DNA of 64,000 nucleotides from an uncultured delta proteobacterium (GTDB lineage Bacteria > Myxococcota_A > Polyangia > Fen-1088), in the NCBI GenBank assembly GCA_963755125.1, contig CAVWIP010000018.1, positions 96,001-160,000 on the forward strand, in the 5' to 3' direction. The position numbers were made by a program, and so were the translations under genes. Numbering within the stretch: position 1 is the first letter of the stretch; every line of letters begins with the position of its first letter. Below the pieces are notes generated by a model. The model saw nothing but the letters and a program-made list of their open reading frames with translations. It made no database searches and had not been told where the DNA came from. Below, one piece after another: positions 10,005 through 19,744 of this stretch.

Positions 10005-10403
10005 ATGGCGCGCGCTCGGCGCATCGCCATGTTCGAACGCGAGGTGCGCGAGCGCCTGTCGCGCGCGGCGCTGGATGCCGTTCTGGACCGCGCCGAGGTG
10101 ATCTCCGAGGGCCAGCGGGCCGAACGCAACGGCAAGGATTCCTACCTTGGGTCGACCATGGTGACCGCCGACCTGGACAGCCTCGGTCCCGTGGTGCGCG
10201 AGCCCGGCGACGCGGGCACGGCGCAGCGACTGGCTGCGCTCCTGCGCGCTGACCTGACCATCAAGGCGCGCATGGATGCCCTCGCCTGTCGCGAAGTCTT
10301 GCGCGTGACCGGCGCGCGGCCCAAGGGCGTGCGCACCGAGATCCAGATTCGCGCGCAAGGATCGCGCGTGTTCATCGACGCTGACGTGGAGGCGAGCTTC
10401 TGA
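10005..10403 (+). CDS. Hypothetical protein
   Basis: GC3-biased ORF; stop overlaps next ATG (TGATG); start uncertain. Confidence 0.7.
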   Translation: MARARRIAMFEREVRERLSRAALDAVLDRAEVISEGQRAERNGKDSYLGSTMVTADLDSLGPVVREPGDAGTAQRLAALLRADLTIKARMDALACREVLRVTGARPKGVRTEIQIRAQGSRVFIDADVEASF

Positions 10404-11323
10404 TGGCCGGCGCTGTCGAGCAGGAATACACCTTCGCCACGGTTTCCCGTATCCTCGGCGTAGCCGAGGCCAAGCTGCGCTACTGGTCGCAGTCCGGCTT
10501 CGTGGGCCCGTCGCGCCGACGAGGGGCGCGCCAGACGTATACATTTCAGGATCTGGTGGCCGTGCGCGCGGCCAAGGAACTGGTCGAGCGCGGTTTTTCG
10601 CCCGCGCAGATCCGCAAGGCCCTGGATGCCGTGCGCGCCGCGCTTCCGGCCGTGAATCGGCCGCTGGAGCGCCTGCGCGTGGCCTGGGACGGAAATACCC
10701 TGGCTCTGGTCACCGACGGCGCGGCTTTTGAAGTCAACGGCCAGCGCTTGTTTGATTTCGGCCTGGGCGATCTGGCGGCGCGCGCAGCCTCGGTGGCAGC
10801 GCTACCCACTCCACGCCCCACGCTGAGCAACCCGGACGGAATCGAGCGCTCGGCCTACCAGTGGTTCACCTTCGCGCTCGCGCGAGAAGCGGAAGGCAAG
10901 ACTGACCAGGCTGCGGCGGCCTATCGCCAGGCGCTCGCCGCGGACCCAGGGCTGGCCGCGGCGCACACCAACCTGGGTACGCTGGCGTACGACGCCGGCG
11001 ATGCCGGGGCGGCGCGCGCGTCGTTCGAGGCGGCCCTGGCCCTCGATCCCGAGCAGACCGAGGCGCGCTACAACCTGGCGCACATCCTTCACGAGCTGGG
11101 CGAGGTCGAGCTGGCTGCCTCGGAGCTACGGCGGGTCGTGCAGACCGCCCCCGATTTCGCCGACGCGCACTACAACCTGGCCACCGCCCTCGAACACCTG
11201 GGCAGCCAGCGTCAGGCGGTGGAACACCTGCGCCGCTACGCGGATCTGGCCGCCGACGGTGGCGAAGACATCGGCCCCTGGTTGGACGAAGCGCGGGCGC
11301 GGCTAGGTCGACTCCAGGCTTGA
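10403..11323 (+). CDS. MerR-type HTH plus TPR protein
   Basis: VSRILGV..AKLRYW..GFVGP...YTFQDL; C-terminal TPRs (AHTNLG, ARYNLA, AHYNLA). Confidence 0.88.
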   Translation: MAGAVEQEYTFATVSRILGVAEAKLRYWSQSGFVGPSRRRGARQTYTFQDLVAVRAAKELVERGFSPAQIRKALDAVRAALPAVNRPLERLRVAWDGNTLALVTDGAAFEVNGQRLFDFGLGDLAARAASVAALPTPRPTLSNPDGIERSAYQWFTFALAREAEGKTDQAAAAYRQALAADPGLAAAHTNLGTLAYDAGDAGAARASFEAALALDPEQTEARYNLAHILHELGEVELAASELRRVVQTAPDFADAHYNLATALEHLGSQRQAVEHLRRYADLAADGGEDIGPWLDEARARLGRLQA

Positions 11324-11406
11324 CCGGCGCCTGCCATCTGCCGATGTAAAGGAAGCTGTTTCAAGAAATTGCCTTCCTTTCGGCAGTCGTCATAGTTGAA
11401 AAACCC

Positions 11407-11664
11407 ATGCCCGCCTGGTTCGTGTACGTGGTCCGCTGCCGCGATGGATCCCTGTACACGGGCGTCGCCCGTGACGTGAGCGCGCGCGTGGCCAAGCACA
11501 ACCAGGGACGCGGCGCCCGCTACACCCGGGGCCGGCGGCCCGTGGCGCTGGTGCACATGGAGCGCAAGCAATCCCAGGGTGCAGCCTTGCGGCGCGAGGC
11601 TGCCATCAAGGCGCTGCCCCGCAAGGCGAAGCTGGCGCTGACAAGCAAGGCGGCTGTCGCGTGA
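11407..11664 (+). CDS. GIY-YIG nuclease family protein (UPF0213/YhbQ-like)
   Basis: FVYVVRCRDGSLYTG...R...HN.G.GARYTRGRRPV, REAAIK. Confidence 0.93.
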   Translation: MPAWFVYVVRCRDGSLYTGVARDVSARVAKHNQGRGARYTRGRRPVALVHMERKQSQGAALRREAAIKALPRKAKLALTSKAAVA

Positions 11665-12347
11665 TGCGCATTGTGCTGATCTCGACTTTGCTATCGGCGG
11701 CTGAAGGCAAACCCGAGCGCGTGCTGATTCCCGCCGGCGCCTTTGTGAAAGGATCCAATCGCGGCGCCGACGACGAGCGGCCCCTCGGCAAGCGCATCCT
11801 GCCCGCATACAAGATCGACCGCACCGAGGTCACGCGCGCCATGTACGCGCGCTGTGTGGCCAGCCGCCGCTGTCCGAAACCAGACATCGATCTGGCCCAG
11901 GACCCTGAACTGCCTGTCACCAACGTGAACTGGCACGAGGCGCGCGCCTTCTGCGCTTTTGCCGGCGGCCGTCTGCCGAGTGAAGACGAATGGGAAAAAG
12001 CGGCGCGCGGAACCGACGGCCGCGAATATCCCTGGGGCAACGAGTTGGATTGTTCTCGCGCCAACTGGGGCAACTTCGAGAACGAAGGCCCCTGCGCGGG
12101 CAAGAACCCGGGCCGGCCCACGAAAGTGGGCAGTTACCCACAGGGCGCCAGCCCCTACGGCGTCGACGACATGGCCGGCAACGTGTGGGAGTGGACGGCG
12201 GACAAGTACGATCGCGACCCCAGCCGGCGCGTGGTGCGCGGCGGTTCCTGCTGCAGCTACTTCGTCGAGCCACGCGCCGCCAACCGAAACGCCTGGGATC
12301 CCGAGCATCGCGACGGCGACCTGGGATTTCGCTGTGTAGCGAGATGA
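11661..12347 (+). CDS. Formylglycine-generating enzyme (SUMF1) family protein
   Basis: EVT, PVTNVNW, RLPSEDEWEKAARG, DMAGNVWEW, RGGS, GFRC. Confidence 0.92.
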   Translation: MMRIVLISTLLSAAEGKPERVLIPAGAFVKGSNRGADDERPLGKRILPAYKIDRTEVTRAMYARCVASRRCPKPDIDLAQDPELPVTNVNWHEARAFCAFAGGRLPSEDEWEKAARGTDGREYPWGNELDCSRANWGNFENEGPCAGKNPGRPTKVGSYPQGASPYGVDDMAGNVWEWTADKYDRDPSRRVVRGGSCCSYFVEPRAANRNAWDPEHRDGDLGFRCVAR

Positions 12348-12351
12348 GCAC

Positions 12352-14322
12352 ATGAAGTACCGAGATCTGCTAGCCAACGTGTCCGCGCTCCTGCTTCTCA
12401 GCGCGACCGCGTCCGCACTTCCCGCAAGCCGTGCCGGCGCCAGGCCCAAGCCCGCGACTGTCGCCAAGCTCGGTCGCCGCGCGTCCGTCGCCAAGGGCAA
12501 CCAGGCCGCGACCCGACCGACGCCGACGGTTTCCAAGGCCGCCAAGCTGGCGGCAAAGCCTGCTTCACCCTCGGGCAAGCGCGTTGCCACCTCAACCAGC
12601 GCGGCGGCTCGCACTTCGCTCGGTAGCACCAGCGCGGTTCCAGCCAGCAAGGCACTGGCCGCGCCGGCCGACAACGAGGCGCCTGCACCCGCTGCCGACG
12701 ATCCCGATCGCGAGCGCGTCCTGGGCCTGCAGGAGGCGCTGACTCGCATCGTTCACGGCTCGGTGCTGGGCCGGCTGCGCGTGGGCATGCGCGTGCTGGA
12801 CCTGGCCACCGGCCACGTGCTCTTCAGCCGGCGCGGCTCGGTGCTCATGGATCCCGCGTCCAACCAGAAGGTGCTGGCCACCGCCACGGCGCTCCTGCGT
12901 CTGGGCAGCACCTGGCGCTTCCGCACCGAGCTGTCGGGGCCTTTGCCCGACGGGGACGGGACGATTGCCGGCGACCTGATCCTGCGTGGCAGCGGCGATC
13001 CGTCGCTGCGAGGCGCGCACCTCGACGCCATGGCCGAGGATCTGGCCCGCCGAGGCGTCACCCGCGTCGAGGGCCGCGTGCTGGGCGATCCGCGGCGCAT
13101 CGGCTCCGACGAAGCCACCATCATCGGCCGCTCGCCGGTGCGGGTGGGCTGGGCAGCCATCGAAGTACACGTGCGGCCGGGCGACAAGGTCGGCGCCAAC
13201 GCGCTCGCCTCGTTGCGGCCCGGCTCCGATTCCGTGCGACTGGTGAACCAGGCCGTGACGGGCAAGGGCCGCGGCCGCATCAGCGTGTCGGTGTCACGCG
13301 CTGGCCAACACATCGAAGTTCTGGTCGCGGGCAAGATCGGGCTTGGTCGTGCCGGTATCGTGGTCCGGCGAGCGCCGCCCAGCGACACGTTGTGGGCCGC
13401 GATCCTGATGCGCGCGGCGCTGATCCAGGCGGGCATCAACGTGCGCGGTGTGGCTGGCGTGTACACGGGCGAGGGGCGCGATCGCCTGGTCGCCGCGCCG
13501 GCAGGCGCTGACCTGCAACTTGCGTCGGCGACCCAGTTTGGCGACACGCCCGTGGCCCTGATGCACCGGAGCCCGGCGCCCAGCGCCGATATTCTCGCGG
13601 TACACGAGTCGGCCCCCCTGCCCTTGCTCATCCGTCGGGTCAACAAGAACTCGGACAACGAGTGGGCCGAGCGGGTGCTGGAGGCCGCGGGCGCCGAGAG
13701 CTACGGCGGCAGCGCCAACACCGCCAAGGGTGTACGCGCCTTGCGTGAGGCGCTCACCGATCTGGGCGTGCCGGCGTCGGGCTACAGCCCGGCCAATGGC
13801 TCGGGCCTGGGCCACCAGAATCGCGTAGCCCCGGCCACCATGGCGGACCTGCTGCGGCGGCTGTACTTCGACCCGCGCGTGGGACCGGATCTGCTGCAAT
13901 CGCTCTCGGTGGGCGGCGTGGACGGCACCACACGCAATCGTTTCCGCGGCTCGTCCGCGGCCGAGAGGGTGCGCGCCAAGACCGGCACGCTCAACGGCGT
14001 GTCCTGTCTTTCGGGCTACGTGGGCGACAAGTCCGACGTGGTGGCCTTCTCCATCATGGTCGAGGGCCACCGTCGCCGCGCGGTCACCAGCGTGCGCAGC
14101 GCTCAGGTCAGCGCCGTGAACGCGATGATGCGCTATGCGCGCGGCACCCTCGGCCCTGCGCCCGCCGAGGAAGCCATGCCGACCGAGGATCTGGAAACCG
14201 GCGGCGAGGCCGCCGAGCTGGAAGGCGAGGTCGAGTTACCCGAGCGCGCGCCGGCGCAAAAGGCCGACGAGAGCATCGATCAAATGCTGAAAGACTTCGG
14301 CGCCCCTGGCAACGATCCGTAG
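12352..14322 (+). CDS. dacB: D-Ala-D-Ala carboxypeptidase/endopeptidase (peptidase S13, PBP4)
   Basis: PASNQK (SxxK), SDN (SxN), AKTGTL, GSGDP, NGSGL. Confidence 0.92.
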   Translation: MKYRDLLANVSALLLLSATASALPASRAGARPKPATVAKLGRRASVAKGNQAATRPTPTVSKAAKLAAKPASPSGKRVATSTSAAARTSLGSTSAVPASKALAAPADNEAPAPAADDPDRERVLGLQEALTRIVHGSVLGRLRVGMRVLDLATGHVLFSRRGSVLMDPASNQKVLATATALLRLGSTWRFRTELSGPLPDGDGTIAGDLILRGSGDPSLRGAHLDAMAEDLARRGVTRVEGRVLGDPRRIGSDEATIIGRSPVRVGWAAIEVHVRPGDKVGANALASLRPGSDSVRLVNQAVTGKGRGRISVSVSRAGQHIEVLVAGKIGLGRAGIVVRRAPPSDTLWAAILMRAALIQAGINVRGVAGVYTGEGRDRLVAAPAGADLQLASATQFGDTPVALMHRSPAPSADILAVHESAPLPLLIRRVNKNSDNEWAERVLEAAGAESYGGSANTAKGVRALREALTDLGVPASGYSPANGSGLGHQNRVAPATMADLLRRLYFDPRVGPDLLQSLSVGGVDGTTRNRFRGSSAAERVRAKTGTLNGVSCLSGYVGDKSDVVAFSIMVEGHRRRAVTSVRSAQVSAVNAMMRYARGTLGPAPAEEAMPTEDLETGGEAAELEGEVELPERAPAQKADESIDQMLKDFGAPGNDP

Positions 14323-14326
14323 GCAA

Positions 14327-15241
14327 TTATTCGGAATACACGACCCACAGCACGCCGACGACGGTGATCGCGCTGCCGATGGCCGAGCGCAGGGTCAGCA
14401 GCTCGCCAAAGAAGATGAGCCCGCCCAGCACGGTGAGCACGACCGTCACCTGATGGATGATGCCCATGGCCGTGGCGGTCACGTGCTTGAGCGCCCGGGT
14501 CATAATGAGCTGGGCCCACACGCTGGTCGCTGCCACGCAGAGAAGCAGCAGCCATTCGCGGGCGCTGGGCGCGACCCAGCGACCGAATGGCGGCAGCACC
14601 GGCGGCAGGGTGGCCACTACGCCGACCAGGGTGAACGAGGCGAACACCGACCAGTAGCTCTCGGCGGGCGTGCCATCGTCTCCCGATCGGCGTGCCGCTC
14701 GGATGGCGGTCACCGCCATGCCCGCGAACACCGCTGACAGCACCGCGACCAGATCCCATCCGCTCACCCGCCACGCGCCGCCTCCACCGTCCACGATCGA
14801 CACCACGCCGATCGAGGTCAGCATCAGCGCCAAAACCGCATGCCGACGCGGCCGTTCCTTGAGCAAGGCCCAGCCGAAGAGCAGCGAATAGACCGGCGAC
14901 GTGTAGTTGAGCAAGGTGGCCCGGCCCACGCCCAGATGCTCGATGCAGGCGAAGTACAGCAGCACGGCCGTGCCGCCGAAAAAGCCGCGCACGAACAACC
15001 AGCGCCAGCGGTGCGGCCGCAACTCGACGCGGAAGATTGCCCAGGCGCCCGCCACCACCACGACCCCGACGCAGAAGCGCACCAGCGCCACCTGCGGCCC
15101 CGGGATGCCGCGCGAAACCAGCCGCGCCAGCATGGCCATGATGGCGAACAAGGTCGCTGACACCAGCAAGCTGGCCGAGGCGCGACGGGCTGAACTGGGC
15201 TGGGCCGCGGGCGGGAGATCGGTGGTTTCTTCCGGAAACAA
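14327..15241 (-). CDS. DMT/EamA family transporter
   Basis: About ten TM segments; two EamA repeats (LFVRGFFG, NYTSP, LKERP, FFGE); start uncertain. Confidence 0.88.
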   Translation of the reverse strand: MFPEETTDLPPAAQPSSARRASASLLVSATLFAIMAMLARLVSRGIPGPQVALVRFCVGVVVVAGAWAIFRVELRPHRWRWLFVRGFFGGTAVLLYFACIEHLGVGRATLLNYTSPVYSLLFGWALLKERPRRHAVLALMLTSIGVVSIVDGGGGAWRVSGWDLVAVLSAVFAGMAVTAIRAARRSGDDGTPAESYWSVFASFTLVGVVATLPPVLPPFGRWVAPSAREWLLLLCVAATSVWAQLIMTRALKHVTATAMGIIHQVTVVLTVLGGLIFFGELLTLRSAIGSAITVVGVLWVVYSE

Positions 15242-15420
15242 GAGACTCTTTCGCGAAAAGAAGCAGCCTACACGAAGACTGCGGCCATCGCCCGAGGACC
15301 GACACACGACGGTCTTGTGCGGCTCCGATCGTCGAGTGACAATGCGCGCCGGGGGAGAGAATGTCCAAAACTACATGCAATAGATTAGGGTATTTGAGTC
15401 TGCGCCCGGTCACGCAGTCC

Positions 15421-15958
15421 ATGCTGGTCGCGCTTATCACGGCAGGTCTTGCGGCGTCGCCCGCGTTGGCCCAGGAACCACCTGCACCGCCCGTGTCAGC
15501 AGTCAGCGCTCCAGCGGCATCTCCGAGCCCGCCCAACGACAAGATCGAATTGGGAGCGGCCCCGGCTGCGACAGCCAAGGCAGCGGAGTGCGCCTGCGTT
15601 CCTGTCGAATTTCCGATCCCGGTCTTCGTGGATGATCCTATACGTCTCGCAGAACTCACGAGGTCGGACCCCTTGGTGTTTTGAACAGGCTGACCGCCTT
15701 GCATCAAGGAAAAGTGCCGCGAGAAACGTGGCTGGGGCCGGCGTCGTACTTGGTCTTGGGACGCTCGGCATCGGAACCATGATGAGGTTGCACGACGCCC
15801 ATTGGAGAGCCGGAAACGCTGCCACGTTCATTTCGGGTGGGGTGCTCACAATTGCGTCTATTCTGGTGGCTTGGGCGATCTGGCCGGATCGAGATGACCG
15901 GATGGATGTCATCAACACCTGGAACCAGCGTCACCCGCAGTCTGTCCTCTGGCCCTGA
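15421..15958 (+). pseudogene. Frameshifted secreted/membrane protein gene
   Basis: Signal peptide ORF ends ...DPLVF-TGA; removing one T of T4 at 15679-15682 reads through into FEQADRLASRK and two TM helices. Confidence 0.65.
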
Positions 15959-16118
15959 GGCAACGCGACCAGCGACCACCTCAAGGCGATCGCCTGGCGC
16001 CCCTACAAGATTCTTGCCATAGGCGCCCGGCGGTCACCCCCGCCGCATCGGCCGATCGCCAGGAAGGGGACAGCGATCTGTAGGAGACTCGGACTGTTCT
16101 GCGCTATCCTCTTGATCT

Positions 16119-17576
16119 ATGGGCGACGGAGAGAAAAGCCTTCCTTCTCTCGACGCGACCATCCTGGTCAGAAACACGACTGAGGCCGAGGCCAGGGTGT
16201 CCGCCGACACGCTGGAAGGTACGCGCCTCAAGCACTTCGAGGTCGTGCGTCTGCTGGGCCGCGGGGGCATGGGCGCGGTCTACTACGGCAGCGACACGTC
16301 GCTGGAACGCCCGGTGGCCATCAAGGTGCTGGCGCCCGAATTCGCCCATGACCCGGAAGTGGTTGTGCGCTTCGAGCGCGAAGCGCGCGCGCAGGCGAGG
16401 TTGCGCCATCCCAACGTCGCGCAGATCTATTTCATCGGAGAGGATCGCGGCGTTCACTTCTTCGTCATGGAGTATCTGGAAGGGCCGGGGCTGGACTCGC
16501 TGCTGGCCCAGCCGGAACCCTTGCCCTGGGCCAAGGCGCTGGAATACACCATCGCCGCGGCCCGCGGGCTGCGCGCGGCCTTTGCCCAGGGCTTCGTCCA
16601 TCGCGACGTCAAGCCGTCCAACCTGATGCTCGATCGCGAGGCCGGCATCAAGATTCTCGACTTCGGGCTGGTCAAGAGCATGCACGGCGACTCGCAGCTC
16701 ACGCGCGACGGGGCCATCATTGGCTCGCCGCTCTACATGTCGCCCGAGCAGGGACGCGGCGGCGCCGTCGACCTTCGCTCGGACATCTACTCGCTCGGCT
16801 GCGCGCTCTACCACATGCTGTGCGGCCGGCCGCCGTTTAGCGGCCCTTCGCCGGTCGGCGTGATCTCGATGCACGTCACTGACAAGGCCGCGCCGGTGCG
16901 CGTGCTCAATCCCAACGTGCCCGAGGTGCTGGCCCGCATCGTCGAACGCATGATGGCCAAAGAGCCCGCGGATCGCTTTGCCAGCTACGACGATTTGCTG
17001 GCGGCGCTGGAATCGGCGCGAGCCGACCGACGCCAACTGTCCGGGTTTCGTACGCGAGGGATCGCTTTGGCCATCGACGGGCTCCTGCTGGCGGCGGTCG
17101 CGTACTTCATCGGCCCGTGGGTTCTCGCAGTGGCGTTCGCGTATTTCGTCCTGTTTCACCGTCTGCTCGGGCAAACCCCGGGCAAGTGGCTGCTCGGCAT
17201 TCGCGTCGAAGATCCAGTCGGAAGCCGCATTTCGTGGAAGGCGGCACTGATTCGCTTCCTGGTCTTTGCCTGGGGCCCGCTCGCCTGGACGGTGCTGGCG
17301 GTGGTCGTCTATTCCTTGCACCACAACGAACGCGTGGCCTTCCGCCTGGACAGCCTCACCTTGTCGCAGCTCGCTTTGCCAGCGCTCTACGTCGCGCTGG
17401 CAACCGCGATCCTGGTCGCCTACCTGGCGGGATTTCTGCTGGTCGCCTTCCATCCCCGGCGGCTGGCCCTGCACGACATCCTGGCGCGCACCGAAGTCCG
17501 CTTCAAAGCGCGGCCGCCGGCCGAACAGGTGGTCGAGGCCGTGAAAGCGACGACGTTTACTCGGCGTTCGCGCTAG
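16119..17576 (+). CDS. Ser/Thr protein kinase with C-terminal RDD domain
   Basis: [27 protein letters not shown] motifs [21 protein letters not shown]. Confidence 0.92.
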   Translation: MGDGEKSLPSLDATILVRNTTEAEARVSADTLEGTRLKHFEVVRLLGRGGMGAVYYGSDTSLERPVAIKVLAPEFAHDPEVVVRFEREARAQARLRHPNVAQIYFIGEDRGVHFFVMEYLEGPGLDSLLAQPEPLPWAKALEYTIAAARGLRAAFAQGFVHRDVKPSNLMLDREAGIKILDFGLVKSMHGDSQLTRDGAIIGSPLYMSPEQGRGGAVDLRSDIYSLGCALYHMLCGRPPFSGPSPVGVISMHVTDKAAPVRVLNPNVPEVLARIVERMMAKEPADRFASYDDLLAALESARADRRQLSGFRTRGIALAIDGLLLAAVAYFIGPWVLAVAFAYFVLFHRLLGQTPGKWLLGIRVEDPVGSRISWKAALIRFLVFAWGPLAWTVLAVVVYSLHHNERVAFRLDSLTLSQLALPALYVALATAILVAYLAGFLLVAFHPRRLALHDILARTEVRFKARPPAEQVVEAVKATTFTRRSR

Positions 17577-18816
17577 CCCCGTTGGCGCGCGCGGAACCGT
17601 TCTTGCCCGGACGTTTGGCCGCGCGGGCCGACTTGCTCGCGCCATTGACACCCTTGGCGGCCTCGCGCAGCACCTCGGCCCGATCTGTGCGCTCCCAGGT
17701 GAACTCGGCATCGCTGCGGCCGAAGTGACCGTAGGCCGCGGTCTTGCGGAAGATGGGACGGCGCAGATCCAGCTCGCGGATGAGTGCGCCGGGGCGCGCG
17801 TCGAAGTTGGCCTGCACCAGCTCGGACAGGCGGTCGTCGGGCAGCGCGCCGGTGCCGAAGCTCTGCACCAGCAGCGACACCGGTTCCGCCACACCGATGG
17901 CATAGGCAAGCTGCACCTCGCAGCGACGGGCCAGGCCCGCTGCCACCAGGTTCTTGGCGATGTAGCGCGCGTAGTAGCAGGCCGAGCGATCGACCTTGGA
18001 GGGATCCTTGCCCGAGAACGCGCCGCCGCCGTGGCGACCCATGCCGCCGTAGGTGTCCACGATGATCTTGCGGCCGGTCAGCCCCGAGTCGCCCATGGGA
18101 CCGCCCACCACGAAGCGGCCGGTGGGGTTGATGAAGTACTTGGTCTTGCCCGACACCAGGCGGCTGGGCAGCACGGGCTTGATGACTTCCTCCATCACCA
18201 CCTCGCGCAAAAGCTTGTACTTCACGCTCTCGCTGTGCTGGGTGGAGATGACGACCGCATCGATGGCGACCGGCTGGTTCTTCTCGTCGTAGCGAATCGT
18301 CACCTGGCTCTTGCCATCGGGACGGAAGAAATCCACGATGCGCTTCTTGCGCACGTCCGACAGCCGCTTGGCCAGCTTGTGCGCCAGCATGATGGGCGCC
18401 GGCATCAGCTCGGGCGTCTCGTCGCAGGCGTAGCCGAACATCATGCCTTGGTCACCCGCGCCCTGCTCGTCGTGGGTGTAGACGCCGTGGCCGTCTACCC
18501 CTTGGGCGATGTCGGGTGATTGCCGCTCGATCGCCACCAGCACGCCGCAGGTCTTCCAGTCGAAGCCCATGGCCGAATCCTCGTAGCCGATGCCCTTGAC
18601 CACGTCGCGCACGATGGCAGGAAACTCGACCTTGGCGGTGGTGGTGATCTCGCCGGCCACCATCACGAAGCCTGTCTTGGTCAAAGCCTCGCAGGCCACC
18701 CGGCAGGTCTTGTCTTCGCTGATGATGGCGTCGAGGACGCCGTCCGACACCTGGTCGCACAGCTTGTCAGGATGGCCTTCGGTCACACTCTCGGACGTGA
18801 ACAGATACTCAGACAT
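17557..18816 (-). CDS. metK: S-adenosylmethionine synthetase
   Basis: [49 protein letters not shown]. Confidence 0.98.
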   Translation of the reverse strand: MSEYLFTSESVTEGHPDKLCDQVSDGVLDAIISEDKTCRVACEALTKTGFVMVAGEITTTAKVEFPAIVRDVVKGIGYEDSAMGFDWKTCGVLVAIERQSPDIAQGVDGHGVYTHDEQGAGDQGMMFGYACDETPELMPAPIMLAHKLAKRLSDVRKKRIVDFFRPDGKSQVTIRYDEKNQPVAIDAVVISTQHSESVKYKLLREVVMEEVIKPVLPSRLVSGKTKYFINPTGRFVVGGPMGDSGLTGRKIIVDTYGGMGRHGGGAFSGKDPSKVDRSACYYARYIAKNLVAAGLARRCEVQLAYAIGVAEPVSLLVQSFGTGALPDDRLSELVQANFDARPGALIRELDLRRPIFRKTAAYGHFGRSDAEFTWERTDRAEVLREAAKGVNGASKSARAAKRPGKNGSARANGASANAE

Positions 18817-18855
18817 ACAGATGGTCTCCAAATCGGTTACGGGGTTGAATGTGTG

Positions 18856-18884
18856 AGTCTCCCAGCCGCAGTACGATCCGTCAA
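18856..18884 (-). promoter_or_regulatory. Putative sigma70 promoter for metK
   Basis: TTGACG-N17-GAGACT on minus strand ~40 nt upstream of ATG. Confidence 0.4.
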
Positions 18885-18947
18885 CGGCGATAGTGCGGTT
18901 CTGGAATTGGGAATAGCGGGGTGCGCCGTGTGTGATTTTCGGCTGCG

Positions 18948-19629
18948 CTATTTCCCGTCCTCCTTGAGCCGTTGTGCCTCGGCGAACGATTGATCGGCAA
19001 GCGCCTTCTGGCCCAGCCTTGCCGCCAGGTCACCGATATTCTGCCGAATCCACCACCGGCCCGACAGGGCCTGGGCCGAATACTGCTCGGTCTGGACCGC
19101 CCGGTCAAAGTGATACCGGGCCTGGTCCCAGTTGCCCAGTTGTTGGTAGGCAATGCCCAGGTTGATGTGGATGATGTGCCAGTTGGGCGCCAGCTCCAGC
19201 GCAAGCCGATAATACTTGAGCGCCTCGTTGTACTGGCCCCGGCGCATGAAGGTCAACCCGTAATTGACGTACGCGCGCGACGAAGGCGCCTTGTTGATGA
19301 TGTCGCGGTAATACGACTCTTCATTGGTAAAGGATCTGCGTCAGGTGCCACGACCAGGTGTCGTATCCGCTGATCGCATAGTTGATCGCATAGGTCACCT
19401 GCAACACGGGCCGATAATCGGCATTGGCCGGCAGGCTGGTGAGCGTGCGGCCGTCGACAAAGTATTGCGGAATGAACTTCAGACTCCGGACATAGGAGTT
19501 CTCCAGCAGGAGATGCCCGCCGTCGAGCGGATAATCGTGCCGGTAATTGTTCGAGAAGACGGCAAACGCGGCCGCCGTCAAGACAGCGACGTGCAGCGGA
19601 GTGTGGCACCGGAGATAGAAGTTCTTCAT
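18948..19629 (-). pseudogene. Internally deleted TMTC-like gene (N-terminus plus TPR tail, out of frame)
   Basis: N-part with YRPVLQVTYAINY..WHLTQIL; other frame resumes FTNEESYYRDIINKAPSSRAYVNYG and TPRs; central TM region absent; junction near 19330. Confidence 0.8.
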
Positions 19630-19744
19630 TGGCGGCGGAGCCCGGCGATGAAAGCACACGCCTCGGAATTGGCAAGCCGAGGCGAACGGTCTCCGGCGGT
19701 TGACCTCCCGCTCGAATCAAACCTTGTGCTAGCCTTGGCACAGG

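Noticed and set aside
18916..18925. GCGGGGTGCG matching the cassette terminus, beside the TMTC remnant
   Set aside because: A GC-rich 10-mer is plausible by chance; no hexamer array and no convincing inverted partner
18817..18947. SAM riboswitch upstream of metK
   Set aside because: No SAM-I/II/SAH consensus seen, and the putative promoter leaves only a short leader
19659..19684. 8-bp hairpin CGCCTCGG/CCGAGGCG as a terminator
   Set aside because: Lies between divergent genes with no U-tract; function unsupported
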